From NCBI GenBank assembly GCA_036172245.1, contig JAYWIR010000006.1:3968001-4032000 (forward strand): DNA of 64,000 nucleotides, read 5' to 3'. Positions 1 to 11,954 of the stretch are shown in pieces. The translations under genes and the position numbers were made by a program. How positions within the stretch are numbered: the first letter of the stretch is position 1; the number at the start of each line of letters is the position of its first letter. Below the pieces are notes generated by a model. It searched no databases. It had not been told where the DNA came from and saw nothing but the letters and a program-made list of their open reading frames with translations. The DNA is from Raillietiella orientalis (taxonomy: Eukaryota).

Positions 1-1270
1 GATGAAGAAGTGGGAAAACAATTGGTAAAGGTTGGGAATTGAAATAAATGTTTCCTCATATATAGCAGTGTTGTATCCAAGAAATCTTTCTTAGCAGGGA
101 AAGAAAGGATAAGCTGAACAGTCAGGTTGAATTGGTTTTATAGAAGAAATGTAAAAGTAATGAAAAGATGTATAAAGGAGATGGCAGTATTTATGAGTTT
201 ACTAAGGCTGGATGTATATAAGTCATCCTTTGATCTTCAGGATGATTATATTGATGAATGGAGCTGTAGAATTTTGTATAGAAGTGATAGTGCCTTAAAT
301 GAAATGGACTGAGTTAGTTGAACATGCAAAAAGTATGGATTAAGAACAGTAAATTCACTTGTATCAAATGCTGAATGGCACATAAACATTTGTCATTGAT
401 TAGTAAATTTTGTAGTTGTCATGGAGATGGATGATTTTAATAGGAAAATTGTGTCATCAAGTTGATAGAGCAAAAAAAGGTCATAAGTATTTTGAGAAAG
501 GGAAGAAAAGGTTTGAACTGTAGCATGATGTTTGTAGTAACATGGGCTCAGGAAGCATAAGTAAAAATCAAGACTGGGTCAGAGAGTACAAAACTTCAAA
601 CAGTGTTTGAGACTAGATTAATAGTGTTCCCTTGAATGTGAACCGTCTTGCTTGCGAGAAATTTTTGTTAATTTCTCTAATATGAAGAATACAGAAAGTG
701 TTGATGCATTAGGGCCATATGGAGATAGACTTGTTGAGCAGTATAGGAGATGAGGAAGCAGAAAAAATCTCTTTTTTTTTAAAATGAGGTTTAAGAAGCA
801 ACAGAGAAAGAGAGGACTGGTCTGTTAGAGTTTGAGTTTTGAGGAGATCAATTGCTGTGTCTGTGGAATGAGCAGCTAAGGATTTTTATGGTAGATTGCC
901 TGGCACCTATTGTTTTGTGCTGTGGGTAAAAATTCTTCGTAGTGAGGGTGCTGAAATGTTTGGAGGGGTGTTGAAAGACCAGCGGCAGTGGCATGGTGGA
1001 CATCAAATATCCAGTACTTACTGTTGATTCAGGTGTGACTTCTATTGAAGAATGATTGGGCTACATGAAATCATGGTCAACAGATGCAATAGTAAAATGG
1101 ATACCATAGTAGTGAAATAGTGTAATTGAAGTGACAGTTGTTTATTTTTGCGTATGAGCGAATTCAGTTGTAATGTGTGTTTTCATTATAGTGCATACAT
1201 GAAAGTAGAGTTTGTGGTTGAAAGATCCATGTGTGTGTGGAAGCATTCTGATTTGTGATGATGCAGATAG
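1..1270 (-). mobile_element. Highly decayed CR1/L2-like non-LTR retrotransposon fragments
   Basis: Minus-strand translations give eroded APE endonuclease motifs: HIQGNTINLV (~610-645; cf. THxxGNTLDLV) and a GDFNxHH-like segment (~995-1020). Many stops. Boundaries approximate. Confidence 0.35.
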
Positions 1271-2349
1271 CAATGGGACTAAGGGTGAGAACCATATGAG
1301 GAGCAAACCATCGCCCTGAGGTGGTGGGAGTTAGGAATAACTGTCTCTTCCATTGCTTTAATTTTCTTTTTTTTTGTGCGCGTTTTGGACCACATTGAAA
1401 AGAATTGTAATTGTTTTCCTGAGTTATGCGTTGGAGGCCTCATCTGGATTTGGATGGATTGCTTGGCAAGATCGAGTTCTTCGAATTTTGCGGTTTTGGA
1501 AAGTGGCGTCGGGGACTGCACAAAGAATTCTATTTTCGTGTGTAGTGGCACTTCTGAATGCTGAAAAGTTTGTAAGAAGAGCTGTAGATTCCAAACCAAA
1601 CTGTTTTTCCACCTTTTCCTCCAAGTGTCTCGTATCTCATTAGATTCCTTAGTAGCTGAATGGAAACACAGAAGACTGATTCTCCGGGTCTTCGTCCGAT
1701 ATTTGTTTGCCAAATCCTTTGTTCTCTGATAGCAAACGCAGTTCCGAGTAAACACCAGGTTCATCCTGCTTTCAGTGGTCCAGCAGCGTCATTCAAATCC
1801 GATCGCAGAGTACATACATTCTGCCACTTTCTTTGCTGCCCAGATTGTAAATTTCCGTTCTTCCGTGCTTCAGGATTCTAAATCCGTCCGTCGACCGAAA
1901 ACTCAGGGATGGAAAATTGCGTGAAGGCTCATTACCGTCTTACCGGATGTTTCATCTTGCACTCCAAGAAAGGACTTTGTTGTTAAGACCTATTGCAATA
2001 TCGCGGAATTTTCGAAGACATTGAGTTGCACTTCAGAAGAAAGCGTGAGTGATCGACTTTGAGACCCTCGAATTTTCCTATGAAGCACATTCCGTTGCAG
2101 GGTAGTGAGAACTGCAACTCAGCTTTCTCAACGGCTGATCCAACCATCTCCATCTGCTAGAGTGCAGAGATGGCAACTTTTCCGTTGCAGTGCTGATTAT
2201 CTCGAAAAACAACAACAACTGCCTTTGCATCTTTGGAAAGCAGTTCCCTGCTGTCATTTCAAGAAGTGGGAACACCTTCCTATGTGTTTCCAGCAGCACC
2301 AGGTGCTATAAAAGCACCGACATCCTCCCTGCTTGTGACTAAGATTTCC

Positions 2350-4603
2350 TGGAAGATGGGACACGAGTGCGTTAGTGGCACTCCTTTTTTCCATTTGCTC
2401 CTAGCATAGCATGGGGAAATAAAGAAGGCCAGACTGCAAAGGATTCGTGCTGTCTTCTGCAGAGTGCGGAGATGAAGCGGTGAGGACACTCTTCTGATCG
2501 GTACGAGGGCCCATCTGCTTGTTTGATTTTGATTTTTTTCGATCCCACGCTCGGACACACGATGGGATTCGGTGTTGTCGTTGTAAGCCATGCTGGGCTG
2601 CTAGTCGCCTGCAGGATGGGGAATCATCCAGCTTCAACGATGTGTGAGATGGGAAGGTATTCGGAAAACTTCTGTTGGACTCGCGAGAGCGCTGTTTGAC
2701 TTCTGCTGGAGGCGCGAAACGAGTTCTTTTCTTTTTTCTTACCAAGGATCGCGGAATCGTATGCAGTGCAAATGGATCGAAGCTTCCTGGATGTAGAATA
2801 GGAAATCTTTTTTTGAAGGTATCGACAAACTGTCGCTGGTACGCCAGGCAATGAGGATGCGAGTTTCAAAAATTGACCCTGGTCCACGAGAAGGAAGATG
2901 ATGATTAGTCACCCTTCAACCTTGTAATAGCAATCCGGCAAAACCTTCCTGAACTTTGGCATCCTTTTTCACAACACAGTTGGCAAGCTGTCCCCAATTA
3001 TCCGAGACGCAAAATTGTGCTGCTCGAGAACTTTGATCTACGAGCATCTTTTTGTCTGCATTGACAAGTTTCTGTTTCGAAGTCGCCCCTTCGAGGAAAT
3101 CATTCAGAATTCGTTACATTGGATAGGTGTGGCGAGAGGGTAGACGTGGACAAGATGCTTTCACAGCGAGGTTTGACTTTCACTCAGGATTCAGGAGGAG
3201 GTTTGACTAAGCACCTCATTCTTCGGCTGCAACTGGATCAGGCTTCTCTGTGTTGTTTTCTCCCTTTCTCTGCAGCAAAGCTCTTTCCATGTTGTGTTTT
3301 TTCTCCTTCGGAAGACGAAGGAGATGGCTTTGCATTTGCACGAATTTACCTCGCATACGCGCGAAATGGGGCACTCCTGTGTTGATCGATATAAAAAACG
3401 GTATTGGAAGCGAAGCGGAAATCTCTAGAAGCTTTGAAAACCCACAAGTACCAAAGCTTCGATCCGAAAGAGGCGGATGTTCCGAATGCAGCTGATTTGT
3501 GGCACAGAATCTCCTCCAGCACCTTCTCAAATGATGGCGTTGGTGAGGACAAATATGCCCCAAAGCGAGCGGCGGGAATTCCGCCGGACTTCAGCTCGTG
3601 CCGTGGGATTTCTGAAGGAAAGCGCTGGAACCGCGATGGGGAATCACGCGGTTGAAGTTTTTCCAGCCATTCCTGAGGCGCCCGCCACCCGAAATCCAGG
3701 AGTTCCCAGATGTGGAGTTCCGGTGTTTGTCCCTCCATCAAGAGGCAAATTAAAGATCCGATGTTGCTGCGGTGTTCCAAAAATATGTCTGCCGAATTCG
3801 CGCAGTCCTCGCGTGCTGGTCTTCTACAAGAGCAGTGAACCGCGACTCGAGGAGGGCAAGAAATTCTCCTCAGCCCTTTCCAATTCCTGGTAATTCAGGC
3901 TGCGGCCGACTTCTGGAGAACAGTCGAAGGGTGTTTTTTAAACAGAGACGTGCAAATCTGCCTGATGGGCGAATCGCAGATGGATCGATGCTTTCTTGGG
4001 GGCAAGCCATCTGCTCATCCGAGATCATTTTCGCCGCTGCCAGGTGAGCGAAGATGCAGTCGCACGAGCGCAGATGGGATGCAGGCAGCGTGCGACGTCG
4101 TGTTCTGGCAGAAGACGGGCGGAAAGCCTGATGATGGATGGTCAGCGAAAGGTCGCGTTTCTCTCCAGAAGCGAGGGTTGCAACGCGTGTCAGTTGCACG
4201 TGCGCGCGAGTTCTTGCAGCTTTGCTCTTCCTCCACCGCGCAGCGAACTCCAACACGGATGGATGGATGACGAGGGTCTCTCCGAACTGCACCAGGTGTG
4301 CTCCCACACTTGCTGCGCGCCTTAGACCAAGCTACTGGGACCAGAGTGGAAGCCCAAGGCCGCCGCTGCTTCACGCACAATGGATTTGTGCCTACCACCC
4401 CCATTCTTTTCTCACCGTCGCGTGGGGAGCGTGGCAGCGACTCGCTACGCCGCGGCGTTGCTGCAGCAACGGATGGGAGGCAACGTACTTCGTCTCTGTG
4501 ACGAGGTTTATCACCCGTTTATTATAAACATAATAAATATGCGTGGTTTTTGTAGAACATTTGGTTCTACCACGCAAAAAAAAAAAAAAAAAAAAAAAAA
4601 AAA
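2350..4603 (+). mobile_element. Decayed L1/Tx1-like non-LTR retrotransposon (copy D)
   Basis: Eroded ORF2 motifs in order: KDSCCLLQ (~2438; cf. DIxxLQET), KYAPKRAAGIPPDF (~3550; cf. KAPGPDGIPxEF) and PNCTRC (~4282), which matches the PNCxxC zinc knuckle of copies A and C. AATAAA at ~4533, a short hairpin, then A28 at 4576-4603. The 5' extent (perhaps to ~1300) is uncertain. Confidence 0.55.
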
Positions 4604-4883
4604 TAGGTCTTTTCACCTTGGCTCCTGAAGTTCGATGCAGGAATAGACAAAAAAAGGTAGAAAGTTGTTTGTTTGGGTAGTGGGTGGGATGGGATGGCAC
4701 CAGTGTGTCTCGCGATGCCCCGTTCGTCCTCTGGAGGATGCTGGCAAGTTGCTGTTTTCCGTTTCACAGATGAAGCCATCTAGCGGCGATCCTCAAAAGC
4801 AGCTTCGACAAAAAGAAACAGATGCCATCAACCTTTCCCCTTTGAATAAAGTCATATATATCTAAAAAATGAAGAAGAAAAAG

Positions 4884-5060
4884 CCCGTGTTGGAGCCCGT
4901 GCGGTTGCGGCCTCCACGAAAGGTGCAAAACGTTGCATATTCGAAGCCCCCCTAGAGAAGGGTCGACTGAGAATGGTGGATACAGATCGTCGCCCCGCTA
5001 GACGACGCTGGTCGGCCTATTCGAGTGCGGCACTGGTTGACACCCGGTCACGTCGGGTCG
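4884..5060 (+). repeat. Repeat unit with degenerate tRNA-like head, 45-nt conserved core and SL2-like 22-mer (copy 1)
   Basis: Core 4993-5037 is 38/45 identical to 14848-14892. The head has CCGTGTTGG and a B-box-like TTCGAAG. The 22-mer GGTTGACACCCGGTCACGTCGG (5035-5056) is followed by GT. Confidence 0.6.
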
Positions 5061-8000
5061 TTTATTTATAAAAAAATAACCTACATGTCTGTGGCAGGAC
5101 GTTTGATCCTGCCATGTTGCTTATAACTACGAGAAGGGACCTGCCGGGAAGCGGCACGCAGGCCTGCAGGGTTCGCCTCGGCAGCACAGGGAAGGGGACA
5201 CAAACAAAAAGAAAACATAAAACGAACAGTCAAAAAAAGGGGGTGTTCGGGAAGGGATCACTGTGTGCTGGAGGGTGTCCTCTGAATCCTGGTAAGGATG
5301 CCGGCGGATTTCTTTTTCAAGACTATATTGACGCTCTCCTCATGAAGAGGACAGCAAAATAGTTGGCATCCCTGTCGTTCGGGTCTCCTCTGGCGTTGCT
5401 ACATGCAACCACGATCCCTCGTAGGCAGCAGAGTGCTGCTGCTGGGGATGCGGCCGGTGTGAGGGCGTTGCGCGAGAATAGGCGATTCAAAACGTCTCTG
5501 GCGTTGCCGCCGGGGGTTCCAAGGGTCACGGCAAAGCGTCCCCAAAGGGGTCGGAGGGCAACACAGTTTACTAGGAGGTGAGGGAAGGATTCCCGCTCCC
5601 CGCACCTTGCACAGTTTGGGTTCACACGCATCAGTGCCCACAGATGCCGGGGGGCGTTGCACGGGAGGACTCAGTGCACAGCGCATACATCGACTTCTGC
5701 CACTTTAAGGGGAGTGTGCGAGTGTTCATGATTACTGGGGGCCACTGCAGATCTCTTTCCGGAATAATCAGTAGAACGCCCCACTGCAAAAGTCCTCGGG
5801 GTGGGGCACTCGGGGTCGCAGCGTCAGTGAGCTGACCCGTCGTTTACTCGCCCAGTCCTTTCCTTCTTACGGAGATTTCCACAGTGACCTCCCATCTAGC
5901 CGTAAGGCTGCTGCGCATAGGAAACCTCGCACCTCTTCCACGCTTGCCACCCGGATCTTCGCCCACGTGCGCACAGTTTTCTGCAACCAGGCATTCCCGT
6001 TCGCGGAGATGGCACGAGATCCATCCGTTTATCCCTGCCTACGTGGCCATCTGCCGAAGGTGCAGTCCGCCGTGGATGAGGCTGCACGGACGGCGCGCAA
6101 GGTAGGACGCAAGCCACACGCTGCCGGTGGCTTGCTGGACGAGAAGACGTGCAGGTTGGCACCAGGTGGTGTTCCAGAGGTTTTCCACGAGAGTCAGTGA
6201 TCGAAACTGGAGCTGCAACTGCAGGAGCTCCAGCGTCAGGAGAGGTTTAGGCCGCCGTCCCGGCGCGGAGCGCACAAGTCCTTCAGGCGGACTCGGGGTC
6301 TCCTTTTTCCCCAGAGCGCGATCCGGAGATCGTCCATCCGCTTCCTGATGCTGCACGGCAGGGGCAAACAAAAAGCAGGGAGCGGCTCTGGCGGAAGCCA
6401 GGAACCGGACCCCCCCCTCGTCTGGCTGGGATTGCGAGTTGATCCTCCTGGATCCTTCCGAGAATCAAGGGACCCCTTCGGGATTCCCCTCCAATTTTGG
6501 GAATGGGTCCGTCCCTCCCCCTTCCCCTCGGAAGGATCTTCCATCGTGTACCACAGGGCTGGTTGATGCTTTTCCAGAGTGCCACGAAGCGCGCTGCTCC
6601 CATTGGGGAAATCCGGAAGCGTCCCATCTGGGTTCTCTTCAGAAGAAGGAACAAAAAAAAGGCAGTTCCTTGAGGGATTCCCTCCAGGAAAGAAAGAGAG
6701 ACTACCAGAAACCGAAGTGTCCTTCCGGGGAGAACGAGGAAGAAGTTACTTTCGGGGTTCCCCTCCCAAGCGTAAGAGGAACGGACTGCTCCTCCCTCCG
6801 AAGCCTCCCTGAATCCATAGGGTGGTCTCTGAGCGGTGACCCCTGACTTGAAGAGTGACATGCGCCGACGGCGGCCCCAGGCAAGCCGAATCGCACTCTT
6901 CCGCACTCACCGCTGCGACCCCGCTGCTTGCCACAACAGAAGGTGCCCGCCGACGGCGGAACGCCAGAGGGCAGGAAGGGTTCAGTTCTGGCGGCGGTCG
7001 AGGACTGTCGTCTGGACTCTCGAGCACCGCCTGACCTCAGGATCAGCTTCCTCGTCAGGCGAGGCGTTGGCCTACGCTCATTAGGGGTGATCCCGACCCG
7101 TCGTCTTACTGCCTATAGCAACCGGCACCTTCCGTGGGATCTGGTGTGAACCCTCCGTCGAGCGTCGCCGCCTTTGGTCCAGCCCGCAGCGCCCGCACTG
7201 CTTTCCAAGGTTGTCCACCCGGATCTTCCAAAGCGTTTTCCATGGAGGTGGGCAGTTCATACGTTGTGGCACGACCCTCGGCCCTGTCACTCCCAAGATG
7301 TGTGAGAGCTGCCCGGAAGCCGGTGGGTAGTCCGGCGAGGTCCGCCTCGTTAGCCAATGGGAGAGGAGACGGAGAAAAGGAAAGAAGGGAACGAAAAAGG
7401 GCAGCTGATGTTTTCCTGGGTGAGGGGCAGGAGTTGAGAAGGGATCCCTACTCGCTGCCGGGCGGCCTCCTCATCCTAAGCAAGACAGCCCAGAGGTGTG
7501 CGGCACTCCAATTGGAGAACAGGGTGCGTTCCCCTGGCGCAGATTGCGGAGGTACGCGGAACGTGCAAAGAGCGTTTTGATGAATGAGTTGAGCCCACCT
7601 CTGGTTGGACCTGTGGAAAATCGTGGCGGTCATCTATACCTGGGCTCTGCTGTTGTAACGCCGGCTCAGAAGAGTCTCGTCTCCTCGAGAGAGTTCCCCT
7701 CCCTGAGGTCATGGAGAACCCAAGGAAGCGGGCTCGAGTGTCAGCCACACGCCTCACCTCAGTACCTTCTTATCTAAGCGGCAAGAGAAACTATTATCCC
7801 GGGATGGGGAGGAAGGAGGTCTTTCTCTCTTCGTCAGGCTGCCACCTTTCCGAAGGAAACTCCTGGTCTGGAGTGAGCAGGGAGCCCAGGGAGGAAGGTT
7901 TTGCGTCGTCCGTGCTGTGGTCCACGGTTTTGAGAGAAAACACCTCCTAGGAGGAAGGTCCACAAGCCAGCTGGCCGAAGTGTTTACAGGCAGGGACAGG

Positions 8001-8410
8001 GTGTACTGCGAAGGGCGGACCATTGGCGTCCCCAATGAAGAGCTGGTGCGGACAGCACCGTGTTGCCCTTCCAGTCCGCGTCAGCGCTCTTCCGCATCAA
8101 AGATTCCTATGCAGCCAGCAGCTTCGTCGGTGGGCACGTAAGAGTTCCTCCTCGAACTGTGTGAGGTGCGATAGGATCGAGGCGACCTCCCCCCTTCCGA
8201 TGTGGTGAGGTGCCTCGCTCTCGGGACAGACGAGACTGGCCGAGGCTCTCCCGCTCCCCGATGGACTCGGTAAGGCGGTCGTTTCTTCTCCCAAAGCTAT
8301 CTGTGACTGCACCGGTGAGGGTGCTGTGCTCCTTACACGGAAGAACAGATAAGTAGGGAAAAACTCCTAAGGGTGGAGGAGGAAGTCACACTTCGGGACG
8401 CTGACATGGT
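5061..8410 (-). mobile_element. Decayed, 5'-truncated L1/Tx1-like non-LTR retrotransposon (copy A)
   Basis: C-terminal CCHC knuckle PNCARCGERESFPHLLVNC (5560-5631), LCAPRRDGGL (~6250-6280; cf. PKxxGGLG) and QPALWY (~6545-6565; RT thumb). Nucleotide homology to 14940-15330. AATAAA 3' end at 5061-5066. Frameshifts and stops throughout. Confidence 0.75.
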
Positions 8411-8422
8411 GCGTCCGGCACA

Positions 8423-8475
8423 GAGCAAAAGTTAAACACATGGCTGGCACGCGGCCTCGTGTTTAACTTTTGTTC
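8423..8475. repeat. Hairpin with a 14-bp perfect stem (extendable) at the 5' junction of copy A
   Basis: CAAAAGTTAAACAC (8426-8439) and GTGTTTAACTTTTG (8459-8472) are exact reverse complements. Confidence 0.85.
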
Positions 8476-8614
8476 ATTCATTCATTTATTGTTCCTCACT
8501 ATTGTATATGCCCTCTCCGAAACTGTGCGTAGGCATTTCCCTTGACTGAACCTGAACCTGTGACGTTTTCCTCCTTCCCGATTGTATGTTTAGTATTTTT
8601 TGAAAATAAATTCC

Positions 8615-8636
8615 CCTGAGTAACTGGGTTACAATC
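8615..8636 (-). other. SL2-like spliced-leader 22-mer (pseudogene or target-site remnant)
   Basis: Minus strand GATTGTAACCCAGTTACTCAGG vs C. elegans SL2 GGTTTTAACCCAGTTACTCAAG = 19/22, including a 15-nt exact run. No GT donor or Sm site follows. AATAAA at 8605-8610 on the + strand is 4 nt away. Confidence 0.5.
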
Positions 8637-8815
8637 AGTGACGGAGCTTCACCATTTTGCAGACTAATTTAAATTTTAGTTATGAGGGTTTCACTTCTTC
8701 CCATGAGCCTTCTCCCATTGAAGCACCTGGAACTAGGATTCAGTGGAGCAAATCCTCAAAATTATTAATTATTTGTCCTCTAATAACACTGACAACAGTA
8801 CTGACACAACAGTAC

Positions 8816-8845
8816 TGTTATTCGAGTTATTAAACTCGAATAACA
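8816..8845. repeat. Perfect hairpin, 13-bp stem and 4-nt loop, within short AACACTG/AACAGTACTG repeats
   Basis: TGTTATTCGAGTT-ATTA-AACTCGAATAACA. Confidence 0.85.
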
Positions 8846-9663
8846 CTGTAATAACGCTGAGAATCAAGATGATCTATTTCTGATTTAGTTCTTTTAAATG
8901 CAGTTCTGCGGGAAGAAATAACTTTCCAGCATTATAACCGAATCCGAGTCTTAGATGTCAATAGTCATTCTTAAATAAGCATTCCTAATTGCCGAAGCAA
9001 ACTTTCGGCGCTTTGAACAGCAAATATTTCTTGCTCTCAATACCAGTATTTGGCATCTTAGGATTGCTCTCTTTCACGCATATATGGAATATTATAGCTG
9101 AAATTCCTAAACGAAAAAGGTTAATTTAAACTGATTCTCAAGCGAGCTGAAATGCATATAAGACACCCCTTTAAACCTATTACTCGCCCCAAAAAGAACA
9201 TCCTGGACAATGCCAGATTCCTTTGTATTACTGGAAATCACTCACGATGAATTTTCATTACGTTGTTGAGTTTGGTTTTAAATTTAAATTGTTCAGTTTT
9301 AAATGTCTGCAGTTTAGTAGACTGAAATCAGCGAATCTCATAGTAACAAACTAACTTACAAGTTTTCAAAAAACCCTCCAGGGCGGCACAAAAATAAAGG
9401 CGGACAGCGAATTCCCCGTGTGCTAATATAAGGTACTACAATTTCTTTTTGCAGTTCAAGCTTGCTTTTTCGTAATGATGCTAAGTGGCTTAAAAAAGAT
9501 TCTTGAGAAATCTTTCAGTAATTCTAGGGAATTTTTCATCTCATTTCAACTTTTGAACCAGAACTGTGATTAACGGCAGCTTTTCTCTTTATTTATTAAC
9601 GTTTTCGTAAGCATTATGATAACTGATGAAGTTTTCGTTTTTTATAAACTACTGATGCTGGCA

Positions 9664-9733
9664 TGATTGGCCCGCCCGTGCACGAGAGTTTGAAATTGAC
9701 TTTCCCGCTGTTATTCAAGGCAAAAACGTAAGT
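9664..9733 (+). promoter_or_regulatory. Candidate cell-cycle (CCAAT/CHR/E2F) promoter and non-coding first exon of the survivin-like gene
   Basis: ATTGG 9666-9670, TTTGAA 9689-9694, TTTCCCGC 9701-9708, then a GTAAGT donor at 9728. Acceptor TTCCCAG ending 10472 lies upstream of the ATG at 10530. Confidence 0.4.
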
Positions 9734-10529
9734 TTCTGCTTTGGAAACTGTAGTTTTCGATATCTACGCGTGCAGCCACACCAGCACATACTTTTTCAAG
9801 AATATGACCATATAAATTTAACGATGACGTATGCGTTATGTAGAAATACCATTTTTTCGTATAGCTTTTTTTATTTTGTTGTCGACAGAATCCGTTTTAA
9901 ATGGCCCTCAAGTCATTGTAGATTATTTATGATTGTTATGTTGATTATATTGTGATAAGGAATCCCTCAAATGTGCTTGGTCGTTGAAACTCAAGTGGTA
10001 CAGAAATTCAAGATGCAAAAAATGAACTTGAAAACTTGGGGGTGCATATCTGCTTCTTTGAAATATTTGGAATAGTCAAGGAAAATTCTAGCTTATAAAT
10101 TTAAGTGCAATTTTTTTTTTGCCCCCATGATGAAGATATTCTGGACCATTATATTTTTGAGCATATGTGCTGATAGGAAACTGCATGTTTGCCAAATTAT
10201 TTAGTTGTGTTAATAACAATTGTGGACCTATTGGTATTACTTCTACAGTGTAAGCTTATGTACTGAACATTGTCTCTGCAAATGCTCTTAGAGGGTACTT
10301 AATTTACTATTAATGTGTATATTTATTCCAAACATTTTGAAACGAAGGTAGTTTACAAAAAACTTTCCATTTATATAATTCCAGATAATTTAAATTTTAT
10401 ATTAAAATGCAAAGACCGTCTAGTTAGATATTTTATATGATGTATTCAATAAGTGAACACTCATGTTCCCAGATATTGCCTTTTGAATGAAAAAAAGAAG
10501 AAAAAAATGATATAAAGGCCAGGCACAAC

Positions 10530-11844
10530 ATGGAATCAAACAGTTATGAAGATGAGGGGCAACTTTTCCCAGAGAGTAGCTTTGAAGCATTTAAACATCA
10601 CTATAAAATGTGCTTTGAAAAAAATAGAATAAATACTTTCACAGGCAAATGGCCCTATATGAGTAAAGAGAGCTCAGTTCATCCAGAAAAGGTTTTGTTC
10701 TTGAGTGTACAGTATTTTTCACTAATATGTTGTAGATGGCTCAAGCTGGCTTCTACTTAGTTTCTGAAAACAAGAATGAATTGTGCACCAGGTGTTTTCT
10801 GTGTTTAAAGGAAATGACTGGATGGGAGGAGGGTGATATTCCATGGTATGATTTCAAGCATTGAAACAACTGTTGCTTCTTGACTGACTTCATGATTGAC
10901 TCTGCTTTGTATTTATGCAGTGATGAAAAATGACTGGTTAAATATTACTGAGGTCATGTTATATTATGTCAACATTTCGAAAACTGGCCTTCTTTAACAC
11001 AGAGATTCCATATAGCACGTTTTTTGAATTCCTCGTCTGACCATAAATGCCCCATATTGACATTTGTGTTCCTGAATCTCTCAATTTCTGTGTCATAAAA
11101 TGGACTAAGTGCATTATACATTCTGTACATTGTGGGTGTGCATACAGTATTCCTTCCTGTTCTAAAAGTGATTTGCTTTCATTTGCTCTTTAGTTCATGT
11201 GCATTTGCTATTTTAGGGCACATGCCTAAAAAGTGCATAGTCTATAAAGGTTCAGCCTAAACAAAGTACGCTTCTTCTAAAAAAGTCATTGAATGTTTTT
11301 TTGAAAGTTTGCAGGTCTCTTGCAGATAAATTTGTAGGTCATGTGCACATTTAGTAGAGAAGTATTCTTATTTATCAATACATGAGACCCCATGTGTTGT
11401 CACCTTTTTTCTTTTCCAATTAGATAATAATCTTGATAATCATGCATTTTTGGATTGATGATTAATGTAGTTTTTTCCTCTGGACAGAAGAGAAGCACTC
11501 TAAATAATGTCAAAAAGTCATTCAAAATCATGTAAATCGTGTTATTTACAGGGAGCAGCATTGCAGGTCCCTGCATGGACGTTCAAAGCGTTGTGCTTTT
11601 GTTGAAGTTTGTTCTGGAAAATCCGAAAAAGATTTAACCTTATCCGAGCTATTAAATTTGCAAAGAGAAGCATACCTTCGTTATTTGGTGAGTTTCAGAT
11701 GATTAATTTTGTTTTACCTAGAATGTCAACCAGGAGCATGTATGTCAGAAGATTATTGATAGAAGGGAGGAGTGGTTGAAGGAAAAACAAAAAGAGCTGG
11801 ATAGCCTTTTAAAAGTCCATGGAACTGCCAAAAGAAGGAATTAA
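10530..11844 (+). CDS. BIRC5: Survivin/BIRC5-like single-BIR protein, ~176 aa; exons 10530-10691, 10736-10845, 11552-11687, 11722 (or 11734)-11844
   Basis: The spliced translation reads NRINTFTGKWPY...PEK|MAQAGFY...RCFLCLKEMTGWEEGDIPW|EQHCRSLHGRSKRCAF...LTLSELLNL plus a charged helical tail. This is a BIR domain with a survivin-type C-terminal helix. All introns are GT-AG with matching phases. Confidence 0.9.
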
Positions 11845-11954
11845 TTAATTAACATAGCAATAATTATGTATTGAAAGCCATATTATTTTTTCTCGTACAT
11901 CCATAATCCCAAGACATTTACAATTTAGGTCCATGAACTTGCAAGCTTGAACTT

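Noticed and set aside
8560..8636. Intact SL RNA gene
   Set aside because: The leader-like 22-mer is not followed by a GT donor or a recognisable Sm site, so it is at most an interrupted or decayed remnant.
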